This document shows, one piece after another, positions 53,246-64,000 of a stretch of 64,000 nt of DNA. The position numbers and the translations under genes were made by a program. Where the stretch lies: assembly GCA_964016885.1 (NCBI GenBank), contig OZ024740.1, forward strand, positions 120,776,001 through 120,840,000. The letters run 5' to 3'. The stretch comes from Eledone cirrhosa (taxonomy: Eukaryota). The first letter of the stretch is position 1. Each line of letters starts with the position of its first letter. The notes under the pieces are model-generated. The model had not been told where the DNA came from. It saw only the letters and a program-made list of their open reading frames with translations, and made no database searches.

Positions 53246-55440
53246 CGAAATTCAAATACATGTATAAACATATATGTGTGTGTGTGTGTATTTGTTTGAG
53301 AGTATGCGTATGTGTCTATGTATATCGGTGTGCCTTGTTTTATGTATTTATCACTTCGCATACATTTATAATAGAAATTGAAATGGAATAAAGAAACAAT
53401 AAATGTAAATAAATAAATAACCAACAATGCTGTAACTAATTTCTCGATTGTTATCGCACCATAAGAATTTATTTTTAACTATATTACTCTTCTCCTCTTT
53501 TTACATAAGTTTTTTAAAAAATTCGTTCACATAAAAATATATCAATTAATATTTAATTTAATTTATAAATACTTGGAGGCATATTCTCATCCATCAACAT
53601 GGGATATCTAGATACGAAGGATGTAAGGAGATTAGCAGTTAACTTGCAATAGCTAGCAAGCTGAGAATACTTTAATTAAATCATGACATACATCGGAATA
53701 CCGGAAAAGCAGATTTGGCATTTTTTTTATGCTTTCCTTTGTTGGTTTCATATATTAGACTGTCGCCATGCTGCGACACCGCCTTGAAGGGTGTCTCAAT
53801 ATCATATCGATATCCAGTACTTTTTTCTAAAGTCTGATGTTTATTCTGTGATAGAATGCTTTGCGATATTCATTTCGGCTGTCTAAGCTCTGAGTTAAAA
53901 TTCTGTTGAGGCTAACTCTGTCTTTCATCTTTCTGAGGGTGATAAATATAGTAACAATCCAGTACTAAAGTTAGTGCCCCCCCACACACACACTCTCTCT
54001 CTATCTCGCTATCCCTCTCTCTCACTTTATATTTCTTTCTTTCTCTGGAAGAAATCGGCTGTTCTGACCTGAAGATGGATCGGCTACACCAGGTTAATCA
54101 TTCTTAAGACGCCGTGTACCGAAAATTAAGATCTCTGGACCATTTATTCTAGATGTTATGAAGAATGAAATACGAAGTGTAAAGAAGCCATAGAATGCAT
54201 AATTGCTCGTGTTGTTCTACATGCTGTGATTGTTGTTTTTAAATCCAGGTGTTTTGACTCCACACATCGGTGTCATTTCAAACGAGACCATTTCCTGTAC
54301 TGTTTGCAGCTAGAATTTATGTAGATCTTTGGATAGAGGCATAGATTAGTGGTTGAAGTTCGCTTTGCAATTATTAAGTCCTAGGTTTCATTCTACTTCG
54401 TGGGTGTGTTTACAATAGCTTTGGGTAGGCCCAAGCCTTGTGAAGGATATTGAGTAGACGCAAACTCTGTGGCGATCCGTCGAGTGGTTTATAACTATAA
54501 TTCAAATCTCTAGTCTGGTCGTATATTATGTCATGTTGATTTAATTTGGGAATTACTTTGAAGGTACACGTGTTTATGGGCTACACAACCTACACGGAAA
54601 TTCGACGAGTTAAAATTTCACCTGATTGAACAACTGAATGATCATCGTCGAAACCAACCGATGCCCACCCTTTAGAACTACACCATCAAATTATTTTTCT
54701 ACGTTTAATAGAATATGAAATGCTGATTTAACGTGCCGTCTAGCACATTATACTTAGTCTATGTTCCTTCTACTACAGCATATGTGATTTCCATTTTGTA
54801 ATTACCTGACTTGTCCCCAGACACCACGGCTGATGTGCGTTGTAACCATTTTTGGTATGAATCTATTGACTGTACTTACGTTTTGCTTTATTGTTTTTAC
54901 TTGAGTGCTCCTGACCTATCTATATAAACGAGCCACCTCGGGAACTTTAATCTGGTACAGTACCATGGCAAGAAAAAAGTGTAAATCTAGGCGCTGCATA
55001 GTCATTGAAGAACTGCTACTCCCTAATGGGCCCCGAATCCTTGTAGAGTCAATAGTCTCTTTTAAGGGCGAGGGGGGCCTGACCCTACGAGATACTTCGG
55101 TCTCGATATAGTGGGTCTACTAATGTCCACTTATATAACAGAGCACAAAAGTACATTTTAAGTGAGATTGTGCCTCTATTTCTAGCAGTTCAAGTGACGG
55201 GATACAGGAATAATTCTCTTCATATTTTGTACCTGTGCGTATTTCCTTACAATGTTATGGTGGTGGTGGTGGGGTATATTATGGATTAGTAATCATTTAG
55301 ACGACACTGCACGATTTTTCAATAAACTATTCATAATTAATAATATTCCATGTTACAGAGCACAAGCTTATTGCAATATCCTACGACCACACTACGAACT
55401 AGTTATTTCCTACACAACACACACAGACGTATAGAGACAT

Positions 55441-55533
<93 letters not shown>

Positions 55534-55700
55534 TGTATAAATAAATAAATATATATATATATATAACGAAGGAAGTATGGTAAGGAACCAGGGGGACCAT
55601 AACGCACCAGAGTACTCGATACTATGGGTAGTAGAGTGGATAATAGGAAAAGAGTCAGGACCCAGACGGCTGATCTTCGGCCGTTTCGACAGCTAGTTTT

Positions 55701-55742
<42 letters not shown>

Positions 55743-55751
55743 CAACCACAG

Positions 55752-55846
<95 letters not shown>

Positions 55847-55998
55847 TGTATGTGTGAGTGTGTGCGTGCCTGTCACACACTCACTCTGCGCCACACATAG
55901 AAATATATGCTGGTATTCATAAATAAATACACTCGCAACATATTCCCATACACACACGCCCATACACACACGCACATGGACACACACACACACACACA

Positions 55999-56055
<57 letters not shown>

Positions 56056-56440
56056 GTATATATGTATATATTATATAAAAGCACGCAGAGACAAACACAC
56101 ACACACACCTACACAAACTTGCTATAAATATTCCATTACAAACTGGAGCAATATAGTAAATTACTCACTTTTTCGTTTGTGATCAGAAGCTTTCTTCAAG
56201 AGATGATCAGTTCTGTTGACAATCATGCTATTTGTCGAAGGTTAAAATACATCGTTATTAAAGTAAGGTAAAATAACTATAGCAAAAAGTCGAAAAAAAG
56301 ACGTAACACATTTGGAAATTTTCTAAGTTAACGTCTACGAACCTCCCCTTCTCCTTCCTCTTTTTTACCACCTTCCCCTATGTGTGTGTGCGTGTGTGAC
56401 TGTTATATATATATTTATGTATATATACATATATATATAT

Positions 56441-57527
56441 AGTAATAATAAATTTGAAGACTAAAATCCAAAGAGGGCTCGATAAAGATAAATATATATC
56501 AGGTATACAAGAACCGTAGAGCAAATATTTATTAAATTAACAGATTAAAGTTTAAGCAAAGTATCGCTGCTTTCACCCTTAACGGGATCTTCTGAAACTA
56601 AAAAAAGTCAATCTGTGAATGCAGAAGTAAATATTTCAAAAAACGTTGCAACTGAAGGAAGACAAGAATACGATACTTTGGTTCGTGGAAACGTTCCCTG
56701 GCAAAGAACAGAAAAAAAAACGAAGATAAAACGTTATTACTTGGTGCGGTGAATATAATTACACGCAAAGACAAAACCACGGTTATGGTATAAATGAAGT
56801 CGTAGACTAATATTCTATTAGGTGGTTCGTGGAGACGTTCTCTGGCAATGAACGGAAAAAACGAAGATAATACGTCATTATGTGGAGCGTGGAGAACAAT
56901 TACACACAAAGACAAAACCACGTAAATGGTATAACTGAAGTCGTAGACTAAAATTCTATTTAGGAAACCGAATGATTCTCGGCTTCAGAGTTAAGAATAA
57001 AGTAAATAAAATACAGAGGTAATTGAAATTAAATATACACATACACGCTATCTGAGAAATGCCTCCCTAGTAACATTGTCTACAAATGTAAGGTTGAAAC
57101 ACCCACGCCCCGTAGGGCCTACATAGGGTAAACCGCGAATAGATTTAAGCAGCGTCTTTACATGCATACTCATTCTTTTCTTTAAGAAGGAATATGAGGT
57201 CACTTTCAGCTTATATCTGGAGTCTAAAAGACAACCACACCCAATATAAATTACACTGGGAGATCCTAGCTTAGGCTAGATCGTATAACGGAAATAAAAG
57301 ACCATGTGACCTCTGCGCCGCTGAGGCCCTGGAAATACCCTACGCCAAAGACCACATCTTAAACAAAAAATCTGAGGCAATTTCGGCTTGTAAACATAAA
57401 TTGCACAAAACTTTCCGGTATTACAGCCCCACATTATACCCTAACGGATAGTACGAACTATACGCGGATAATTTACGTCTTGATGCGGTAGCTAAGTATA
57501 TGTTATGTTTATACCATTACTTATTTG
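56441..57527. mobile_element. Naiad family fragment: inverted pLTR (56441-57048, -) joined to GIY-YIG 3' coding end (57049-57527, +)
   Basis: Left part matches 37262-37790; right part is the reverse complement of ~38200-38680. Confidence 0.85.
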
Positions 57528-59691
57528 TATATTTCACGTAATTCAATATTTCACGTAATTCTCATCTACACAGTTAGACAAAATGTGTTGTACTTCAAAG
57601 TGGCAGCTTGAATTTAACTAAGAATTACGTGAAGGATCCAGGCATTTTTGGAATTCTCAGCCACGAGCAGGCTGTTTTGCTGATTAGATATCGCTAGATT
57701 CCATCAACATTAATTGCTCCACCGAGATGCATATATTCCGGTGCTCACCCATCTGCTGTCGCTGGCTCAACAGCAGTGCTATGTGACTGAAACAACCAAT
57801 GGAGGCCTTTAACAGCAAAGCTTTTGTCTCCATCGTCTATAATGTTTTAATTATCCTTGAATGTATCTGATTTCATAGACGTGGCTTTGGTTTCGTCTTC
57901 AAATGCAGAGCAAAGTCAAAATATTAACATAAATACACACAATTCCGACATTATATGTTGATTGCTACATTCTTTCTTTTATACCCATACGTGTACAAAT
58001 ATTCCAACCATTATCTAGAGCGCCCCCCACCATATATAATATATATATATATATATATATAACATGAAGACGCATAGGACGAAAAAATGAAAGACATGCT
58101 ACAAACCGAATTATATCAAATGAAAAGGAAAAGTGAGATAGAAACGGAGCGCGATAGCTTAGCCAAATAATAGAAATAAAAGAAAACAGAAAATATATAT
58201 GGATTGCAATCCAAATTATCAAAGAATAATGAAACGGGGACATAAGATAGGTAGGAATGAGGAAGACAGACCGGGTGGTGTAACACATGCGCCCAAGTAC
58301 GTGAATCGCTTCTACGCTGAATGATCAGTTTGTTCGATCAACTGAATAACTTTCTCGTGGCGGATCAGCCTAACAAGGGTCATTAGAAATACAATTAAAA
58401 CTCGTTTTTGCTAGCTGATTAGACTGGAGCAACACAATATATAGTGTCTTGCTGAAGGACGCAACGCATCACGGAATCCATGACATCATGATTGAGTGTA
58501 GAAGGCTTTAGCCAAAAAGTAACCACGCCCCCTATACACACAGAGACATCCACACGTACACACACATACGCACGCACGCACACACTTACACATACGTGCG
58601 CGCACACACGCACACGTACATATGAATGCAGGCACGCAGGCATGCACAAACATGGTGACTGAAAATATTCACATATCGTTACTCCGCATTTCCTGTTGCC
58701 GATTTTCACACATGAAATTCGGAGTATCGATTTAGAAAGCTTTTCAGTTGAGCTGGACTTGATACAGAACACTATTCGCCCCGTCCTTTTAGTACTGATT
58801 TGTTAGCATATGTATGTACGTACATACATATATGCTCACGTACATGTATGTATGTGTGCATTCACACATGCATATATACAAACATAAATGCTTACATACT
58901 TACATATATACATACACATATACACGCTTACTTACAAAAATGCATGCGTGGATACACTCCAGCGTACATATACACATATGTAATTACATCCATATATATA
59001 TATATATTGTGTGTGTGTGTGTGCCTGCACATTCACACATACACACACACACACATATTTATGTATATATATATATATATTATATAATTGCAAATATATA
59101 TACACACCCATATATAGACACACACACACACAGGAGCAGGTTATGGGCTTCAACACGCATGAGTTGTGTTGTTCCATCAGCCTGCATGGTTTCATGCCTG
59201 ATATGTAACAGAAAGTTGCAGCTGACTTGAATGAAATAGATATATTATAAAAGATTCTTGCCACGTTCCGATATCATTCCTCATGTATCAATGCACTAGA
59301 CATGTCTCTCGCCTAATGTGCACAAAACAAATTTGTATGAAGCTCTAGTAATAAAAGCCACACGAACGCATACACACATAAGTCGGGTTCGCAATCGGAG
59401 CAACACAATATATAGGTGCACATACTCATTCATATATAAACTGCAGAGGCATACATACACACGGATATATTTTAAAACATAGTTGCCATAATACAAATAA
59501 CTATAATAATATTTTATATTTATAAATAGTCGTTAAATAAGTCTTGAAGACAAAAATAAAAATAAAAATGTCCGAAAGTTTGGTTGTAAAGAAAAATGTG
59601 ATAATACATGTTATCCATGGCAGAAAGTGCAGCTGTTATACACGAAGATAGGCAGACAGAGAAAAAGAGAAAGATTTTATAACAATCTCTC

Positions 59692-59884
59692 TTTAATATT
59701 TTGGTCAAGGTGTTAGCAAAATGCTGGTGCTCACTGTAGAGGTTTTGGTAAATCAATCGAAATCTTTCGATAGAATCAACCATCGCTGCAATGCATAGTG
59801 GTATCTGCTCGGTGGTGAAAGTTAATGGCCATCTTTCGGAACTGTTTCAAAACTCCCGATCGATCCGTCAAGGGTGCCCCCTCT
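59692..59884 (+). mobile_element. Heavily deleted relic of a Tx1-type RT
   Basis: Blocks match ~15240-15280, ~15420-15453 and ~15509-15611 of the Tx1 ORF2 (FKILAKVLAK, QSKAFDR, VNGHLSE, RQGCPL). Confidence 0.7.
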
Positions 59885-61142
59885 TCTCACTTAAAGACTG
59901 CTGGAAATAGCTCTAAAATAATTCCTTAAAACAGAAGATTAAAGCAAATTCGACATGTTTATGGCAATAAAGCCTTTAATTAGATGCATGTCGCCTTCGG
60001 CATTCCCCTGTATCAAATACCAATGCCAATTCCAGAAATCCATAGACAAATACAAAGAAGCAACAGGTATTTGCTTGTAATGACGTATAAATAACTCAAA
60101 TAGATAACCAAATATAAAGTATGCAACATTAAATTTGATAATAGAAGATTCTGAAGAATTAAAATCTAGTTTGAAATCTCAAGCAAATATCATAAGATGT
60201 ATTGGCAGCCTATTGGGTATTTCCTCTAACTTACAATATTCAGAAAAACAAATTAAAAAAGAAACAAACAAAAATACTAATCTTTTACATGGTATGATAC
60301 AAAGGTTTGAACGAGCAAGGATCAAACATTCTGATGAGCTCACGTTTTCCTACTAATATTCTATTCAGGGACACACATGTGCGCATAAGCGACTACTCAT
60401 TAACAAGTTAAAGTGACAGACCATGAACATGTGGACACTAGAGAATCAATATTTGGAGAATATATCCCAAGATATTTCTTGAGAAATGCATCCAATATAT
60501 ATATATATATATAAAGCCTGCGAAGAATATGTGCCACAAATTGACATTTGCAAACACACTTTGAAATCCCTAAAGCTCTGACCACTACAAAACGCGTGAA
60601 TATATCAAATGATTTAATTTACTATAGAACTATGAAACTATAATACTTGCCTTTAGCATTCAAACACTTAACAACTCACACACACATCGATACACACAAA
60701 CACACATAACTATATATATACTCCACCCCAACACACACAGGGTTTTTCAAAGCCTACATTCACATATACTCGCTTCAACTCTCACACTTACATTCACACA
60801 TACACACACACACTTACATCTACACATACACACACGCCTTACCTTCCCCCATCCACGCTCGGACTCTGATTTTCTTGCTTTGCACCATCCTTTCTCTCTT
60901 TCCTCTCCCTTCCACCCATCCACCCACCCCTATACGCACTACTACTATCTTGTCATCCGGCACTTGTACATCCCTCGCACCCCCTTCATTTCCACTTTTT
61001 TCATTATATTTTTCATTAATTCAATAATACATTTTTATTTTTATTTTTCCCTTCCTTTCGTGTTCTTGAAAACTCCCCAACTCTCTTCAAGCGTGAAGCT
61101 AATAATACTATTTACTCATGCGTTTGTTTGTTTCTCCTTTTA

Positions 61143-61188
<46 letters not shown>

Positions 61189-61195
61189 CGAATAG

Positions 61196-61311
61196 TTTAT
61201 CGTAAGGATGAAAGGCAAAGTTCACCTCGGTGGGATTTAAACTCAGACCGAAAGGGGACGTAACTCGATGCGGCAAAGCATGGCGCCCGACTCTCTACCA
61301 ATACTGCCAAT
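61196..61311 (-). mobile_element. SINE family S, 5' part
   Basis: A box, B box and partial central block. Confidence 0.8.
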
Positions 61312-61452
61312 TCGTTTACAATTATACAAACAACCTATTTAAAGCCATGTCAGTAGAATGACCTCATCATTCTTGGTCGTGTGTTGGCATGCATAGAGAA
61401 CTGCAGACACATATACGATAAACTATTTGTTAGTTATTTGAATATATGCACA

Positions 61453-61539
<87 letters not shown>

Positions 61540-61670
61540 CATTATCGGAGAAAGCTTTTAGCGATACTCCGGCCAAATTCCAACTCACTCAACAAACATT
61601 AGGTAATAAGTGAGTATATTCCTAATTAAACGTTAGGGGTGCTAACTATTTGTACTGTGTGGAAAATTGG

Positions 61671-61785
61671 CTTTAATCTGTTATTTTAATAAATATTTGC
61701 TCTACTGTTCTTATATATTTGATATATATTTATCCTTATCGAGCCCTCTTTGGATTTTAGTCTTCAAATTTATTATCATTACTAT
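61671..61785 (+). mobile_element. Naiad pLTR extreme terminus
   Basis: Reverse complement of 56441-56550. Confidence 0.75.
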
Positions 61786-61929
61786 ATATATATATATATA
61801 TATATTCATTAGTTAAGCAAAACAAGGCCACAAATTTCTTAAGGAAGACATTATTAAAAGATTGACAGCATATTTTAGTTTGATGTAAGGAATGTAGAGA
61901 ATAATAATAATACTATTAATAATAATAAT

Positions 61930-64000
61930 GTCCGTTTACAATTGTTTCGCTACTCCATATAATATTTCCTGCTGGACCCTTTTGAGAAAGATCTATTCAA
62001 CTTCGTCAGGAGCATTAAATTCAAAAAGCATTATAGACACAGGAATAACTTCCTCACTATATTAGCAACAACTATAAAAAAAATTAAAGATAGCCACCTC
62101 TTACATGTTATGTCAGACAAAACTAAAAATCTATACACCTTGACTCCTGAAACTTACAACTCTTTCCTTGTCAAGGAACTTAATAAAAACTATAAACAAA
62201 ACTATACGCTCCAGTGTAAACACACTTAACCGAAAAGCCCAGGCTTTGGTTAAGGACTTGCATCGGGATAGATTTACCCACCCTTATGTACCAACAACCC
62301 CAAGGTTCTCCCTCAAGGATCATAAACCAAACTTTATAGAGAACCCATCTATTAGACCTATAAGCCCAACCACATCCGACCTGGGTCGTATCAGTAAGAA
62401 GATCCTTGATAGGATAATCCCTGGGCTACGGGATGACATCACCTACAAATCGTGGTCCAACACCGGCCAAGTCATTAGATGGTTCTCCGGTCTAAGGTCC
62501 AAGCAATATATGAGGTTCATCCAATTTGACATCGACAGCTATTACGCTTCAATAACCCCGGAACTGCTCAACAAAGCATTAACCCTTGCCAGCACCAACT
62601 CGGACATAACCAATAATGAGATTAACATCATACTTATGGCTAGGCAGACCATCATTGAATTCAACGGAGCACTCTGCACTAGAAAGGATAGAACAGACAA
62701 TTTTGACATCACGATGGGCTCAAGTGACTCTGCGCAAATCGCCGATTTAGATGGAATTTACCTATTACATAACATCAGAGCCGAAATCCAACTTTTGCAA
62801 GGTGGAATATACAGGGACGGCGCCCTATTTGCAGTCCACAATTGCACTAATCGGGGCATTGATTTTCTAAAAAAACAATTACATAGATTCTTTAAAAATA
62901 ACGGTCTCTCTATCACCATCGAGCCGCACCATAAAGTAGTAAACTTTCTAGACGTCACCCTGGATCTCAACAATAACCTATATTACCCTTACTATAAACC
63001 AGGAGAAATACTCACATATATTAGCCCACACCCTAACCACACAACGGCAGTCATCAGATCAGTAAACGAATCTATCTCATATAGGATCTCCATGCTATCA
63101 GCAAATGAGGAGATATTTATAAACCATGCACAATATTATAATAAGGCTCTTTCTGAATCTGGTTATGAATAATCCATTTACTACATACCTAAATGCCATA
63201 ACACAGCAATTCACCATAATAAACTTAACACTAGAACTAGAAATACCTTAGCATATAGCCAGATTCGCCGGAATTTTAGCAGTAACAGCACCTATACAGG
63301 GAAGTTTAATGGTTGCAGCGGCCTACTCCACACTCCAAATAGCAAACTAAAAATCAACCCTAGAATAGGAATAAGAAATGGGATGACAAATAACAAATCC
63401 CCAGGTAATAATAACCCTAGGAAGGACCCTACCAACTCCACTAGAATCCCTAGAAGGAATAGACCTAGAAATATCACCTGGCTTAACTTCTCATCTAATC
63501 TAGCCACTAATATCCCTAAACGCTTCTTCTCTATCCTATCTAAACATTCCCCCCCCCCCAACCATAGATATTACGCACTCTTTAATAAATATAACATTAA
63601 AATCTCATTCTCCACAACACCTAACCTATCGCATTCAGTAACCATCATAAACTAAGACAGTATAACTCCCACACCGCGGTACCACGACCCCTATCAAATA
63701 CACCACGCCACTACACCAATAATTACTCGAGTAGCACACCTCCCCCCAACTAATCCTTCTAGCACTGACAAACCGCTTAGGTTAAACTACCCTACTCTCA
63801 GTAACCGCAGAAGCAACTGCAACTGCCGTTACCCTAATGCATGCCCATTAAATGGACACTGCCTGACACCCAACATAATCTATATGTGCACGGTTAAAAC
63901 TGCTTCGAATACCAGCTCTTATATCGGGTCTACCTCTAACCCTTTTAAGGTACGCTATAACGCACACTCTTTTTCCTTCCGAGACCCTAGCAACAGATGT
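61930..64000 (+). pseudogene. Second, distinct Naiad-type PLE ORF (RT + GIY-YIG), disrupted, running off the window
   Basis: FEKDLF..., SDKTKNLY, SLKDHKPNF..NPSIRPI, RFIQFDIDSYY, MGSSDSAQIADL, YRDG (catalytic D lost), NITWLN, CNCR...CPLNGHCL, IIYMC, SYIGSTSNPFKVRY. Confidence 0.88.

Noticed and set aside
54061-54140. CTGAAGA...GAAA hammerhead candidate
   Set aside because: Stems I and III do not pair convincingly. The same applies to CTGATGA at ~34152 and ~60331 and to CTGACAA in the 27465 foldback.

Overview
Eukaryotic, AT-rich, microsatellite-dense ((AT)n, (CA)n, (TTA)n, (TATC)n, (ATGT)n) region made almost entirely of transposable elements; no host gene can be supported. The repeat landscape resembles an octopus/cephalopod genome (inference from recalled SINE sequence and microsatellite load). 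Non-LTR retrotransposons of four clades are present: a full-length decayed RTE with TSD, a near-intact L1/Tx1 element plus tandem 3' stubs of a sister family, R4/Dong-type RLE elements (one near intact) and a CRE fragment. Also present are an RTE 3' part with three C2H2 fingers, Penelope-like elements of the Naiad type, tRNA-derived SINEs and a non-autonomous Helitron. The most notable signal, not visible in the ORF track, is a set of at least seven sequence-unrelated non-coding elements inserted in or beside (AT)n tracts, each carrying a type-I hammerhead ribozyme fold in tandem and/or inverted Penelope-style repeats. These include a 310-bp retrozyme-like array, a U3-A8 covariant core, recurrent U.U pairs at the base of stem II and family-specific stem-III palindromes. 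All folds were read by eye and are untested. Most short ORFs in the track are microsatellite or antisense artefacts.
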